Shown here: piece after piece, positions 8,708 through 19,165 of the stretch
Layout: every line of letters begins with the position of its first letter
Position numbering within the stretch: position 1 is the first letter of the stretch
Assembly: GCA_017450105.1 (NCBI GenBank)
Contig: JAFSXC010000058.1
Coordinates: forward strand, 665-64,664
From: Lachnospiraceae bacterium
GTDB taxonomy: Bacteria; Bacillota; Clostridia; Lachnospirales; Lachnospiraceae
DNA: 64,000 nucleotides
Reading direction: 5' to 3'
Notes under the pieces: generated by a model
The model's input: the letters and a program-made list of their open reading frames with translations, nothing else
Databases searched by the model: none
Told to the model about the DNA's origin: nothing
Made by a program: the position numbers and the translations under genes

Positions 8708-9217
8708 ATCAGCGATTTAATGATCAACGAACAGATCCGGGACCGGGAGGTGCGCGTGATCGGCCAGCAGGGAGAGCAGCTTGGCATTATGAGCACGAGA
8801 GAGGCCATGCGGCTTGCCGAGGAGGCGGAGCTGGATCTGGTTAAGATCGCGCCTGCGGCGAATCCGCCGGTCTGTAAGATCGTGGATTACGGAAAGTTCA
8901 AGTATGAACAGAGCCGTAAGGAGAAGGAAGCCAGGAAGAAACAGAAGACCGTGGAGCTGAAGGAGATCCGTATGTCTCCGAATATCGATACGAACGATCT
9001 GAATACGAAGCAGAACGCGGCCAAAAAGTTTCTTGCCAAGGGAAATAAGGTGAAGATCACACTTCGCTTCCGTGGAAGAGAGATGGCACATATGAACGAG
9101 CATCGTCATATGCTGGATGATTTTGCCGAGACTCTTTCGGAGGAGGCCAATGTGGAGAAGGCGCCCAAGGTCGAAGGACGTACCATCAGCCTTGTGCTTA
9201 CGCCGAAGAAAAACTGA
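8708..9217 (+). CDS. infC: Translation initiation factor IF-3, probable non-AUG (AUC) start
   Basis: The motifs INEQIRDREVRVIG...PPVCKIVDYGKFKYE are present. GGAGG at 8695-8699 is 8 nt from the in-frame ATC 8708 but 20 nt from ATG 8720. The frame is open back to 8684. Confidence 0.85.
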   Translation: MSDLMINEQIRDREVRVIGQQGEQLGIMSTREAMRLAEEAELDLVKIAPAANPPVCKIVDYGKFKYEQSRKEKEARKKQKTVELKEIRMSPNIDTNDLNTKQNAAKKFLAKGNKVKITLRFRGREMAHMNEHRHMLDDFAETLSEEANVEKAPKVEGRTISLVLTPKKN

Positions 9218-9266
9218 TATGTGAACCTGATTGGGACAGCAATGTAGAGAGAAGGAGGATAGAGCA

Positions 9267-9464
9267 ATGCCGAAAATGAAAACGAGCAGAGCCGCTGCAA
9301 AACGCTTTAAGGCTACGGGAACCGGAAAGCTGAAAAGGAATAAGGCCTACAAGAGGCACATCCTTACCAAAAAAACCACGAAAACCAAGCGGAATCTTCG
9401 TAAGAGCGAGGTCATGGACCAGAGCAACGCGAAAGTAATGAAGAAGATTCTGCCGTATCTGTAA
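9267..9464 (+). CDS. rpmI: 50S ribosomal protein L35
   Basis: [24 protein letters not shown]; GAAGGAGG upstream. Confidence 0.95.
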   Translation: MPKMKTSRAAAKRFKATGTGKLKRNKAYKRHILTKKTTKTKRNLRKSEVMDQSNAKVMKKILPYL

Positions 9465-9485
9465 GGCGTAAGGAGGTGCAAAAGA

Positions 9486-9842
9486 ATGGCTAGAGTAAAA
9501 GGCGGTTTAGGCGCCAGAAAAAAGCATAACAGAGTATTAAAGCTGGCGAAGGGCTATCGCGGAGCCAGATCAAAGCAGTACCGCGTGGCAAAGCAGTCCG
9601 TGATGAGAGCGTTAAAGAGCTCCTATGCCGGACGCAAGGAAAGAAAGCGTCAGATGCGGTCTCTCTGGATCGCCCGGATCAATGCGGCGGCCAGACTGAA
9701 CGGCTTGAACTACAGCCGGTTTATGTACGGCCTCAAGCTGGCAGGCGTGGAGATGAACCGTAAGGTTCTGGCAGAGCTTGCCGTGTCCGATCCCGAGGGA
9801 TTCAAGGCGCTCGCGGAGAAGGCCAAGGAAAAGGTAGCGTAA
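9486..9842 (+). CDS. rplT: 50S ribosomal protein L20
   Basis: [29 protein letters not shown]. Confidence 0.95.
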   Translation: MARVKGGLGARKKHNRVLKLAKGYRGARSKQYRVAKQSVMRALKSSYAGRKERKRQMRSLWIARINAAARLNGLNYSRFMYGLKLAGVEMNRKVLAELAVSDPEGFKALAEKAKEKVA

Positions 9843-9849
9843 AAAAGCA

Positions 9850-9886
9850 AAAGAGCGTAAGGGTTTCCCTGCGCTCTTTTTTTACA
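9850..9886 (+). terminator. Intrinsic terminator after rplT
   Basis: AAAGAGCG...CGCTCTTT stem with an inner GGG-TTT-CCC, followed by a T-run. Confidence 0.7.
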
Positions 9887-9901
9887 ACGGGAGGTGACAA
9901 T

Positions 9902-10915
9902 ATGAAGGTTTTGGTAACAGGAGGAGCGGGCTTCATCGGAAGCCATACGGTGGTGGAGCTTCTGGATGCGGGGCACGAGGTTGTGGTCTATGATAATCTG
10001 TCGAATTCCTGTGAGGAATCCTTAAAGCGGGTGGAGGAGCTTACCGGAAAGCAGGTGCCCTTTGTGAAGGGGGATATTCTGGACAGAGAGTGTTTGGAGG
10101 AGGTGTTTTCAAAAGACAGCTTTTCCTGCTGCATCCATTTTGCGGGACTGAAGGCGGTCGGAGAGTCGGTGGAGAAGCCCTGGGAATACTATCATAACAA
10201 CATCGCGGGTACCCTGATCCTGACCGATGTGATGAGAAAGCACGGCTGCAAAAATATCATCTTTTCTTCCTCTGCCACGGTATACGGAGAACCGGCCGAG
10301 ATCCCGATTACGGAAAACTGCCCGAAGGCGCCCTGTACGAATCCCTACGGCTGGACAAAATCCATGCTGGAGCAGATCCTTACGGATATGCAGAAGGCCG
10401 ACCCGGAATGGAATGTGATCCTGCTCCGTTACTTTAATCCGATCGGCGCCCACAAGAGCGGAAGGATCGGGGAAAATCCAAACGGGATCCCGAACAATCT
10501 GATGCCCTACATTACCCAGGTGGCGGTAGGAAAGCTGAAGGAGCTTGGCGTATTCGGAAACGATTACGATACCAAGGACGGCACCGGGGTACGGGATTAT
10601 ATTCATGTGGTGGATCTTGCGGCCGGACATGTGAAGGCGCTGAAAAAGATCGAGGAAAAGGCGGGCCTTTGCGTCTACAACCTGGGTACCGGACACGGAT
10701 ATTCGGTGCTGGAGATCGTAAAGAATTTTGAGGAGGCGACCGGGGTCAGGATCCCCTATGTGATCAAGCCCAGACGCTCCGGCGATATCGCGGTGAACTA
10801 CTGCGATCCGTCGAAGGCAAGGGAGGAGCTCGGCTGGGAAGCAAAAAACGGAATCCGGGAAATGTGCGCCGACTCCTGGAACTGGCAGAAGAATAATCCG
10901 AACGGATATGAATAA
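9902..10915 (+). CDS. galE: UDP-glucose 4-epimerase
   Basis: [15 protein letters not shown] Rossmann motif, YGWTK (YxxxK), full-length GalE-like. Confidence 0.9.
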   Translation: MKVLVTGGAGFIGSHTVVELLDAGHEVVVYDNLSNSCEESLKRVEELTGKQVPFVKGDILDRECLEEVFSKDSFSCCIHFAGLKAVGESVEKPWEYYHNNIAGTLILTDVMRKHGCKNIIFSSSATVYGEPAEIPITENCPKAPCTNPYGWTKSMLEQILTDMQKADPEWNVILLRYFNPIGAHKSGRIGENPNGIPNNLMPYITQVAVGKLKELGVFGNDYDTKDGTGVRDYIHVVDLAAGHVKALKKIEEKAGLCVYNLGTGHGYSVLEIVKNFEEATGVRIPYVIKPRRSGDIAVNYCDPSKAREELGWEAKNGIREMCADSWNWQKNNPNGYE

Positions 10916-10961
10916 ACCCCTTGCTTTATTAGAACAAACATGGTACAGTAGTTTAGGTTAC

Positions 10962-10990
10962 GGAGTGGGCTTTGCCCACTCCTTACTTTT
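10962..10990 (+). terminator. Intrinsic terminator after galE
   Basis: GGAGTGGGC-TTT-GCCCACTCC followed by TTACTTTT. Confidence 0.6.
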
Positions 10991-11008
10991 AAGATACGGA
11001 GAGAAATA

Positions 11009-11476
11009 GTGAAAAAGAAGGAAGAGATCGAGGAGGTCGTAGAGAAGCTTACGCTCCCGGTTTTGGAAAGGCTGGGGCTTTCGCTTTACGATGTGGAATA
11101 TGTTAAGGAAGGCGGGGAGGCTTATCTTCGGGTCTATATCGATAAAGAGGGCGGCGTGAACGTCGGAGACTGCGAGACCGTGACGAGGGAGCTGAATCCG
11201 ATCCTGGATGAAAGGGACCCGATCGATGACGCCTATATTTTTGAGGTGAGCTCTCCGGGGCTTACCAGAACCCTTCGAAGGGACAGACATTTCGAAAAAA
11301 GCCTGGGAGAACCGGTGGAGGTAAAGCTTTTCAAGCCTTTGGAGAAACGAAAGGAATGGGAGGGGATTCTGACCTCCTATGATGAGAATACGATAACCAT
11401 CGAGGAAGAGGACAAAACCAGACGGTCCTTTCCCCGGTCCCAGATAGCGCGGGTCCATATCACATTTCATGAATAA
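11009..11476 (+). CDS. rimP: Ribosome maturation factor RimP
   Basis: A 155-aa protein with the FEVSSPGL motif, positioned immediately upstream of nusA. GTG start. Confidence 0.85.
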   Translation: MKKKEEIEEVVEKLTLPVLERLGLSLYDVEYVKEGGEAYLRVYIDKEGGVNVGDCETVTRELNPILDERDPIDDAYIFEVSSPGLTRTLRRDRHFEKSLGEPVEVKLFKPLEKRKEWEGILTSYDENTITIEEEDKTRRSFPRSQIARVHITFHE

Positions 11477-11494
11477 GGATGACGGAGGAAAACC

Positions 11495-12691
11495 ATGAAC
11501 ACAGAGTTAGCAGAAGCTCTTGAAATGCTGGAGAAGGAAAAAAACATCTCGAAGGAGACGCTGGTGGAGGCCATTGAAAATTCTCTTCTTACGGCCTGCC
11601 GGAACCACTTCGGGAAGGCGGAGAATATCCGGGTACATATGGATCCGGAGACCTGTGAATATACTCTGCAGCAGGAAAAGACGGTTGTCGCGGAGGTGGA
11701 GGATCCGGTGCTGGAGATCTCTCTGACCGAAGCCCGTATGATCGATCCGAAATACGATGAGGGAGATACGGTGGTTTTCCCCATCGAATCCAAGGAATTC
11801 GGCCGTATTGCGACCCAGAACGCGAAGAATGTGATCCTGCAGAAGATCCGCGAGGAGGAGAGGAAGGTGATCTTCTCCGAGTTCTACCAGATGGAAAGAC
11901 GGGTCGTTACCGGTATCGTCCAGCGATATGTGGGCCGGAATATCAGCATTAACCTCGGAAAGGCCGACGCCATGCTGACCGAAAACGAGCAGGTGCGAAA
12001 CGAATCCTTTAAGCCGACGGAAAGAGTAAAGGTCTTTATCCTTGAGGTGAAATCGACGCCGAAGGGCCCCAGGATCCTGGTGTCCAGAACCCATCCGGAG
12101 CTGGTGAGAAAGCTCTTTGAGGAGGAGGTGGCCGAGGTCCGCGACGGGATTGTAGAGATCAAGAGCATTGCCAGAGAGCCCGGAAGCAGAACCAAGATCG
12201 CGGTGTGCTCCCATGACGAGGATGTGGATCCGGTCGGTGCCTGCGTCGGTATGAACGGAAGCCGTGTCAATGCTATAGTAGACGAGCTGCGCGGGGAAAA
12301 GATCGATATCGTGACTTGGAGCGATAACCCGGCCATGCTGATCGAGAACGCGCTTTCTCCGGCGAAGGTGATCTCCGTTATCGCGGACGGTGAGGAAAAA
12401 TCCGCAAAGGTGGTCGTGCCGGATTACCAGCTTTCCCTGGCGATCGGAAAAGAGGGGCAGAACGCCCGGCTGGCGGCAAGACTTACCGGCTTTAAGATCG
12501 ATATCAAGAGCGAGACCCAGGCCAGAGAGTCCGGCGACTTTATGGACTATGAGGACTACGAGGACGAGTACTACGAGGATGACGGGTATTACGAGGACGC
12601 GGAAGGCGAGGACTTCGAATATGAGGAATCCGGCGAGGAAAGACCCTCAGAGGAAGAAACGGCAGACGCGGGTGATGAAGGATCGGAATAA
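11495..12691 (+). CDS. nusA: Transcription termination/antitermination factor NusA with acidic C-terminal tail
   Basis: N-terminal domain, S1 and KH domains ([23 protein letters not shown]). The tail is rich in D/E/Y. Confidence 0.95.
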   Translation: MNTELAEALEMLEKEKNISKETLVEAIENSLLTACRNHFGKAENIRVHMDPETCEYTLQQEKTVVAEVEDPVLEISLTEARMIDPKYDEGDTVVFPIESKEFGRIATQNAKNVILQKIREEERKVIFSEFYQMERRVVTGIVQRYVGRNISINLGKADAMLTENEQVRNESFKPTERVKVFILEVKSTPKGPRILVSRTHPELVRKLFEEEVAEVRDGIVEIKSIAREPGSRTKIAVCSHDEDVDPVGACVGMNGSRVNAIVDELRGEKIDIVTWSDNPAMLIENALSPAKVISVIADGEEKSAKVVVPDYQLSLAIGKEGQNARLAARLTGFKIDIKSETQARESGDFMDYEDYEDEYYEDDGYYEDAEGEDFEYEESGEERPSEEETADAGDEGSE

Positions 12692-12944
12692 GCCCTGGCA
12701 GAGCGAGCGGACCTGCATTTGCTGCCGGAGGAAGGCGGCGAAGGAGGAGCTCCTTCGGATGGTCCGCGGGAGGGACGGAGTGATCCGCCCGGATCCGAAG
12801 CAAAGGCTGGAGGGAAGAGGCGCCTATGTCTGCCGCAGGGAAGAGTGCATCGCTCTTCTCAGAAAGAAAAAGGGGCTGGAACGGGCCTTCCGCTGCAGGG
12901 TGGACGAAGAAGTCTATGAACGTTTGATGAAGGAGCTTTCTTGA
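12675..12944 (+). CDS. ylxR: YlxR/RnpM-family (DUF448) RNA-binding protein
   Basis: ERTCICCRRK...GRGAYVC motifs. ATG 12675 overlaps the nusA end. The longer ORF-track frame (from 12390) is a read-through of the nusA region. Confidence 0.8.
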   Translation: MKDRNKPWQSERTCICCRRKAAKEELLRMVRGRDGVIRPDPKQRLEGRGAYVCRREECIALLRKKKGLERAFRCRVDEEVYERLMKELS

Positions 12945-13273
12945 AGGAAAATGAGGAACCGGTATACCGCTTTCTGTCTCTGGCGGCCAAGGCCGGGAGG
13001 ATTAAGAGCGGAGCGTTCCTTACGGAGGAAACCGTAAGGAAGGGAAGAGCCGTGCTGGTGCTTGTGGCTGTCGATGCCGCGGAGAATACCAGAAAAAAGA
13101 TCATACCGCTGTGTGAAGGAAGGAAGGTGCCCTGGGCCCTCTTCGGAGAAAAGGAAAGACTCGGAAGGTGCACGGGGAAAGAGGAGCGATCGGTGCTTGC
13201 AGTCACAGACCCCTCCTTCGGCGATAAAATAAAAGATATGGTAAGGAACGAAACGGAGGTGGGCAATCCATGA
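12941..13273 (+). CDS. ylxQ: L7Ae/L30e-family protein YlxQ
   Basis: [33 protein letters not shown], in the conserved position between ylxR and infB. Confidence 0.8.
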   Translation: MKENEEPVYRFLSLAAKAGRIKSGAFLTEETVRKGRAVLVLVAVDAAENTRKKIIPLCEGRKVPWALFGEKERLGRCTGKEERSVLAVTDPSFGDKIKDMVRNETEVGNP

Positions 13274-16062
13274 GAGTTCACGAATTGGCCAAAGAACTGA
13301 ACATTCAATCAAAGGACATCCTTGGACTGTTGATGGAGGAAAAGGACTCGAAAAAAACTGCGAGCAGCGCTGTGTCCCCGGAGGAAGAGGCTGTTGTAAG
13401 GCGTAAGCTCGGCAAAAAGGAAGTGAAAAGTACTCCGACTCCACCGCCGAGGGAGGAAAAAAAGGAGCCGGTGAATCCTTCGGAAAGAGCGGTCAGACCG
13501 GAGGGAGAGAAGCACAGAGCCGATGAGAAAAGGCCGGCGGAGGAAAAAAGAGCGGGCGAAGGAAGGAAGAGCGCTGAGGGTCAGAGACCGGGCGCGGACC
13601 AGAAGATGAGGCCCAGAAAAAAGTCCTCCATTACCGCGGTTTTTAATCCCCAGAACAGCCGGAACGGAAGCGCCTCTCAGAGACCCTTCCGAAACGACGG
13701 AAGAAGGGATGACAGAAGGGGGACCGGAGCCCGTCCCGCGGGAGACCGGAACGGCCGCCCGAGACCCCTGGGAGAACGCCCTGTTTCCCGACGCCTTACC
13801 GGAGAACGGCCGGTGAGCCAGCGGCTTCTTCAGAGCCAGGAGCAGGACCGGATCGCCAGAGAACAGGCCGAGAAGCAGAGAAGAGAGGCCGAGGCGAAGA
13901 AGGCGGCTGAGGCCAGAGAGGCCAGAGAGAATAAAGAAAACAGAGAGAATAGAGAGAACAGGGAAAACCGGGAAAAGACGACTCCCGCGGCCGAGACACA
14001 AAGACCGAAGCGTCCCGAAGCCCAAAGACCCTCCGGTGACAGGGACAGAAAGCCCTCTCAGGGTCAGGACTCCAGGAAACGTCCGGATTCCCAGGGCCGC
14101 TTTACAACCGTGAACCATACGCCTGCGCCGGGAGCCGGCGGCCAGAACGCCAATAAGAACAATTCCGGCAGAAAACAGCAGAACGGCCAGAAGCGCCGCG
14201 ACAACGACCGTCTTGGCGGAAAGCGGCAGGAAAACTATGTAAATCTCGAGAAGCACGGTGGGAAGAAAAAGCCCCAGAACGCGCCGAAGCCGAAGGAAGC
14301 GGAGGATACGATCAAGTCCATTACGCTGCCTGAGCATATTACCGTTAAGGACCTTGCGGATAAGCTGAAGGTCCAGGCCTCGGCCCTTGTGAAGAAGCTG
14401 TTCTTAAAGGGCCAGATGGTGACCGTAAACCAGGAGGTGGATTACGCCGCGGCCGAGGAGATCGCGCTGGAGTTTAACTGTATCGCGGAGCCCGAGGAGA
14501 AGGTGGACGTGATCGCGGAGCTCTTAAAGGAGGAGGCCGAGGACGAAAGCCTGATGGTGGCCAGACCTCCCGTTGTCTGCGTAATGGGTCATGTTGACCA
14601 CGGAAAAACCTCCCTTCTGGACGCGATCCGGGATTCCCATGTGACCGACCGCGAGGCCGGCGGAATTACCCAGAAGATCGGTGCCTATGTCGTATCCATT
14701 GACGGCCGCAAGATTACCTTCCTGGATACGCCGGGCCACGAAGCCTTTACCGCCATGCGTATGCGCGGTGCTTCGTCCACGGATATCGCGATCCTGGTGG
14801 TGGCGGCGGATGACGGTGTCATGCCCCAGACCGTAGAGGCGATCAACCATGCCCGGGCGGCCGGGATCGAGATCATTGTTGCGATCAACAAGATCGATAA
14901 ACCGAATGCCAATATTGACCGTGTGAAGCAGGAGCTGGCGGAACACCAACTGATCCCCGAGGACTGGGGCGGCAGCACGATCTTCGCGCCGGTATCGGCC
15001 CACACCCATGAGGGAATCGATAACCTTCTGGAAATGGTGCTGCTTACGGCGGATGTGCTGGAGCTGAAGGCGAATCCGAAGAGAAACGCCAGAGGCGTCG
15101 TCATCGAAGCCCAGCTCGACAAGGGACGCGGCGCCGTCGCGACGGTCCTGGTACAGAAGGGTACCTTAAAGGTCGGCCAGCCCATGGCCTGCGGCTCTGC
15201 CTACGGCAAGGTCCGCGCGATGGTGGACGAGAACGGCCGGAGAGTCAAGGAGGCAGGTCCCTCCACGCCGGTGGAGATCCTCGGTCTTTCCTCTGTGCCG
15301 GATGCCGGTGAGACCTTCGTGATCTGTGATTCCGAAAAGGATGCGCATAACTTTGCGGATACCTATGTACGGCAGGATAAGGAAAAGCTTTTGGAGGAGA
15401 CGAGGCACCGTATGAGCCTTACCGACCTCTTCAGCCAGATCCAGGCCGGAAATGTAAAGGAACTCGATATTATCGTAAAAGCGGATGTCCAGGGCTCGGT
15501 GGAGGCTGTGCGGCAGTCTCTCGAGAAGCTCTCGAACGACGAGGTGGTCGTCAAGGTGATCCACGGCGGCGTCGGTGCGATCAACGAATCGGACGTGATC
15601 CTGGCCTCCGCCTCGGGAGCCATCATCATCGGCTTCAATGTCCGTCCCGACCCGCAGGCCAAGAATACGGCCGAGAACGAGGGCGTGGACGTGCGGCTGT
15701 ATAAGGTGATCTACAACGCCATCGAGGACGTGGAGGCGGCCATGAAGGGCATGCTGGATCCGGTCTTCGAGGAGAAGGTCATCGGCCACGGCGAGATCCG
15801 TCAGATCTTCAAGGCCTCCGGAATCGGCAACATCGCCGGAAGCTATGTTCTGGACGGTACCTTCGAGCGGGGCTGCAAATGCCGCATTACCCGTGAGGGT
15901 GAACAGATCTTTGACGGGCCGCTTGCTTCCCTGAAGCGCTTCAAGGACGATGTAAAGGAGGTTCGCGCCGGCTACGAATGCGGTCTGGTCTTCGAAGGCT
16001 TTAACGACATCGCCGAGCTGGACCAGGTGGAAGCCTATAAGATGGTTGAGGTCCAGAGATAA
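13270..16062 (+). CDS. infB: Translation initiation factor IF-2
   Basis: GTPase motifs [20 protein letters not shown] and NKIDK, preceded by a long basic low-complexity N-terminal region. Confidence 0.95.
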   Translation: MRVHELAKELNIQSKDILGLLMEEKDSKKTASSAVSPEEEAVVRRKLGKKEVKSTPTPPPREEKKEPVNPSERAVRPEGEKHRADEKRPAEEKRAGEGRKSAEGQRPGADQKMRPRKKSSITAVFNPQNSRNGSASQRPFRNDGRRDDRRGTGARPAGDRNGRPRPLGERPVSRRLTGERPVSQRLLQSQEQDRIAREQAEKQRREAEAKKAAEAREARENKENRENRENRENREKTTPAAETQRPKRPEAQRPSGDRDRKPSQGQDSRKRPDSQGRFTTVNHTPAPGAGGQNANKNNSGRKQQNGQKRRDNDRLGGKRQENYVNLEKHGGKKKPQNAPKPKEAEDTIKSITLPEHITVKDLADKLKVQASALVKKLFLKGQMVTVNQEVDYAAAEEIALEFNCIAEPEEKVDVIAELLKEEAEDESLMVARPPVVCVMGHVDHGKTSLLDAIRDSHVTDREAGGITQKIGAYVVSIDGRKITFLDTPGHEAFTAMRMRGASSTDIAILVVAADDGVMPQTVEAINHARAAGIEIIVAINKIDKPNANIDRVKQELAEHQLIPEDWGGSTIFAPVSAHTHEGIDNLLEMVLLTADVLELKANPKRNARGVVIEAQLDKGRGAVATVLVQKGTLKVGQPMACGSAYGKVRAMVDENGRRVKEAGPSTPVEILGLSSVPDAGETFVICDSEKDAHNFADTYVRQDKEKLLEETRHRMSLTDLFSQIQAGNVKELDIIVKADVQGSVEAVRQSLEKLSNDEVVVKVIHGGVGAINESDVILASASGAIIIGFNVRPDPQAKNTAENEGVDVRLYKVIYNAIEDVEAAMKGMLDPVFEEKVIGHGEIRQIFKASGIGNIAGSYVLDGTFERGCKCRITREGEQIFDGPLASLKRFKDDVKEVRAGYECGLVFEGFNDIAELDQVEAYKMVEVQR

Positions 16063-16083
16063 AGGACCTTTCGGGAGGAGCGG

Positions 16084-16452
16084 ATGAGAAAGAACAGTAC
16101 CAAAAACCAGCGGGTCAATCAGGAGGTCCTGAGGGAGCTGTCCGACATTATCCGGACCGAGATCAAGGATCCGCGGATCGCACCGATGACCAGCGTCGTA
16201 AATGTTGAGGTCGCGCCGGACTTAAAGACCTGCAAGGCCTATATCAGCGTCTACGGAGATGAGGAGGCGCTGAAGAAAACCCTGGAGGGGCTGGATTCGG
16301 CCGAGGGCTATGTCCGCCATACGCTGGCGAAAAAGCTGAATTTGAGAAATACGCCGGAGATACGGTTTCTCGGGGACCGGTCCATCTCTTACGGTGTGGA
16401 AATGACCAAAAAGATCGAAGAACTGATGGGTGATACGTCAAGCGATGAATAG
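16084..16452 (+). CDS. rbfA: Ribosome-binding factor A
   Basis: A 122-aa RbfA-like protein (RVNQEVLRELSDII...) in conserved operon position. Confidence 0.9.
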   Translation: MRKNSTKNQRVNQEVLRELSDIIRTEIKDPRIAPMTSVVNVEVAPDLKTCKAYISVYGDEEALKKTLEGLDSAEGYVRHTLAKKLNLRNTPEIRFLGDRSISYGVEMTKKIEELMGDTSSDE

Positions 16453-17422
16453 TCTGAAGGAGCTTCTGAACGGAATAGAGACAGTCGGGATCGCGGGACA
16501 CGTCAAACCGGACGGGGACTGCGTCGGAAGCTGCCTCGGCGTGGCGGGTTATATCGAGGATAACTTCCCGAAGATAAAGGCCCGGGTCTTTCTCGAATCC
16601 GTGCCGGAAGTGTTTCGCTTCTTAAGAGGGGCGGAGCGGGTGGAAACGGGATATCCGGAGCTTCCTCCCCTTGATCTCTTCATCGTATTGGACTGTGGAG
16701 ACGCGCGGCGCCTCGGAAGGGCGCTGCCTTACTTTAAGGCGGCCGAAAAAACCGCCTGCATCGACCATCATGTCAGTAATGAAAGCTTTGCCGGGGAAAA
16801 CCTTGTGGTTCCGGATGCAAGCTCCACCTGCGAGCTGGTCTATGAGCTGATGGAAAAGGACAGGGTTTCCGAAAAAACGGCAGAGGCTCTTTACACCGGC
16901 ATTGTTCATGACACCGGTGTCTTCCAGTATTCCTGTACCAAAAAACGGACCATGGAGATCGCGGGAGACCTGATGGAAAAAGGAATCCCGTATTCCCGGA
17001 TCGTAAACGATACCTTCTTCCAGAAGACGATGGCGGAAAACAGACTTCTCGGGACCGCGCTTCTAAAGAGCAGGCTCCACGCCAACGGACGGATCATCTC
17101 CGCTTTCCTGACAAAAGAGGATTTTGAGAGCGCAGCAGCGACTCCGAAGGATACGGAGGGAATCGTTGCGCAGCTTCGGAACACAAAGGGGACGGAGGCG
17201 GCGATCCTTCTCTACTGCAATGAGGAAGGACGCTACAAGCTCTCTCTTCGTTCGACGGAGCTCGTGGACTGTGCCGCGATCTGCCTGAAATACGGCGGCG
17301 GAGGCCATGTCCGGGCGGCCGGAGCGACGGTGGAGGGAGACCCGGAAGAGCTGTGTGAAAAAATCGTCGGCGAGATGGAACGGTATCTCGATTATTTTGA
17401 AGGCCAGAATTTGACGGAGTGA
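16445..17422 (+). CDS. nrnA: DHH-family phosphoesterase (NrnA-like oligoribonuclease/pAp phosphatase)
   Basis: HVKPDGDCVGS, DHH (IDHHVSN) and GGGH motifs. GTG 16430 is an alternative start. Confidence 0.8.
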   Translation: MNSLKELLNGIETVGIAGHVKPDGDCVGSCLGVAGYIEDNFPKIKARVFLESVPEVFRFLRGAERVETGYPELPPLDLFIVLDCGDARRLGRALPYFKAAEKTACIDHHVSNESFAGENLVVPDASSTCELVYELMEKDRVSEKTAEALYTGIVHDTGVFQYSCTKKRTMEIAGDLMEKGIPYSRIVNDTFFQKTMAENRLLGTALLKSRLHANGRIISAFLTKEDFESAAATPKDTEGIVAQLRNTKGTEAAILLYCNEEGRYKLSLRSTELVDCAAICLKYGGGGHVRAAGATVEGDPEELCEKIVGEMERYLDYFEGQNLTE

Positions 17423-17424
17423 AC

Positions 17425-18123
17425 ATGGACGGAATTGTTCTGATCAATAAGGAAAAGGGCTGGACCTCCTTCGATGTGGTGGCAAAGCTCAGAAATCTGT
17501 TTCAAGTGAAAAAGATCGGTCATACGGGAACGCTCGATCCGGATGCGGAGGGCGTTCTTGTCATATGTGTGGGCAAGGCGACAAAGGCGGTGAACCACAT
17601 GGCAAAGCACGACAAGACCTATGAGGCCGTGCTCCTGCTCGGGAAGCGGACCGATACCCAGGATGTGTCGGGAAAGGTATTGGAGGAGGCGCCGGTAACG
17701 GTTACCGGGGAAGCGGTCCGTAAGGCCGCGCTCTCCTTTGTCGGAGGGTACGATCAGATCCCGCCGATGTATTCCGCGAAAAAGGTGAAGGGGAAGAAGC
17801 TTTACGAGCTGGCCAGAGAGGGAATTGCGATAGAACGGGAGCCCCGCCATGTGGAGATCCTAAAGCTGCAGATCCAATCGGTGGAGCTCCCGCGTATGCG
17901 GTTTCTCGTGTCATGCTCCGGCGGAACCTATATCCGGACCCTCTGCGAGGACATCGGAAGGGCGGCGGGGTGTCCTGCCTGCATGGAGTCCCTTCTGCGG
18001 ACAAAGGTGGGAGCGTATTCGCTTTCGGAGGCACATACGATTGGCGAGGTGGAGGCGGTCCTGAGGGAAGGAAATGCAGAATCGCTTTTCCTCCCGATCC
18101 CGGAGGTGGAACAGGCAGGATGA
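17425..18123 (+). CDS. truB: tRNA pseudouridine-55 synthase
   Basis: DGIVLINKEKGWTSFDVV...GHTGTLDPDAEGVL. GTG 17419 is an alternative start. Confidence 0.9.
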   Translation: MDGIVLINKEKGWTSFDVVAKLRNLFQVKKIGHTGTLDPDAEGVLVICVGKATKAVNHMAKHDKTYEAVLLLGKRTDTQDVSGKVLEEAPVTVTGEAVRKAALSFVGGYDQIPPMYSAKKVKGKKLYELAREGIAIEREPRHVEILKLQIQSVELPRMRFLVSCSGGTYIRTLCEDIGRAAGCPACMESLLRTKVGAYSLSEAHTIGEVEAVLREGNAESLFLPIPEVEQAG

Positions 18124-19019
18124 GGATATTTACAGAGCTTACAAAGGCTGTTTCGGAGGAGGAAACGGTGCTGGCCCTCGGGAAGTTTGACGGCATCCAT
18201 CTCGGGCATGAGCTTCTTCTTTCGGAGCTGCTGAAGGAAAAGGAAAAGGGATATGCGGCGGCGGTCATTGCCTTTACGATGGATCTTGCCGAGGGGAGGC
18301 TCTCCGCGACGGAGGAGAAGGCCGAGCTGTTTGAAAGGATCGGGGTGGACCTTCTGATCGAGTGTCCGTTTACTGAGGAGATCAAGCACATGGAGGCGAT
18401 GGATTTTCTTCGCCTTCTGAAGACGAAGCTGCGGGTCTCCTGCATTGTGGCCGCGGACGATGTGAGCTTTGGCTACCGGCGGTTGGGAAATGCCGCGCTT
18501 TTACGGACCGCCGGGCCCAAGCTTCAGCTTCGGAGCGTGATCGTAACGAAACGGAAGGAAGAGGGTCGGGACATCAGCAGTACCTGGATCCGAAAGGAGC
18601 TATCGGAGGGCAGGATCGAGCATGCGAACCGGCTTCTGGGCTACCCTTATTTTCTCACCGGGGAGGTTATCCACGGAACGGGGCTCGGGAAGAAGTTTTT
18701 CCACCGGCCCACACTGAATCTGATCCCGCATAAGGATAAGCTGCTGCCGCCTTACGGGGTCTATCTTACCGAAACCGAGATCGGCGGCCGGGTCTTCTCC
18801 GGGATCTCGAATCTCGGGGTCAAGCCCACGGTGTCCGACGTCCCGGCGCTCGGTCTCGAAACGCATCTTCTGGATTATCAGGGAAATCTTTACGGAGAGC
18901 TGGCAAAGACCTCGTTTCTCCGTTTCCTGCGGAAGGAAAGGAAGTTTTCCTCCCAGGAGGAGCTTCGTGCGCAGATCGAGGAGGATACTCTTTTTGCCAA
19001 GCACTATTTCGGTGTGTAG
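18120..19019 (+). CDS. ribF: Bifunctional riboflavin kinase / FMN adenylyltransferase
   Basis: ALGKFDGIHLGH motif and a C-terminal riboflavin kinase domain. ATGA overlap with the truB stop. The ORF-track start at 17913 is an upstream extension. Confidence 0.9.
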   Translation: MRIFTELTKAVSEEETVLALGKFDGIHLGHELLLSELLKEKEKGYAAAVIAFTMDLAEGRLSATEEKAELFERIGVDLLIECPFTEEIKHMEAMDFLRLLKTKLRVSCIVAADDVSFGYRRLGNAALLRTAGPKLQLRSVIVTKRKEEGRDISSTWIRKELSEGRIEHANRLLGYPYFLTGEVIHGTGLGKKFFHRPTLNLIPHKDKLLPPYGVYLTETEIGGRVFSGISNLGVKPTVSDVPALGLETHLLDYQGNLYGELAKTSFLRFLRKERKFSSQEELRAQIEEDTLFAKHYFGV

Positions 19020-19023
19020 TTTT

Positions 19024-19068
19024 TTGCGCAGTCCCCGCAAAAACCTGCCCCCAAGTGTGAAAAGTAAC
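19024..19068. repeat. Partial copy C (right half) of the dispersed palindromic repeat
   Basis: TTGCGCAGTCCCCGCAAAAACCTGCCCCCAAGTGTGAAAAGTAAC aligns with 63112-63165 (…CAAAAAGCGCGGCCCTGCCAAGTGTGAACAGTAAC). Confidence 0.5.
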
Positions 19069-19107
19069 ACTTTTTTCTCGAAATGTTACACAATTATTAC
19101 GAATTTG

Positions 19108-19136
19108 TTGACAAGCAATAAAACGGTTGCTATAAT
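19108..19136 (+). promoter_or_regulatory. Consensus sigma-A promoter for the NlpC/P60 gene
   Basis: TTGACA (19108-13), 17 nt, TATAAT (19131-36). Confidence 0.7.
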
Positions 19137-19165
19137 GAGTCCTGATCAAATAAGCGAGGTATGCG

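Noticed and set aside
13925-13975. A tandem [12 protein letters not shown] repeat in infB and the D/E/Y-rich tail of nusA (12540-12690) as unusual repeats.
   Set aside because: These are in-frame low-complexity coding segments of the kind common in IF-2 N-terminal regions and NusA tails. Synonymous codons differ between units, indicating protein-level rather than DNA-level repetition.
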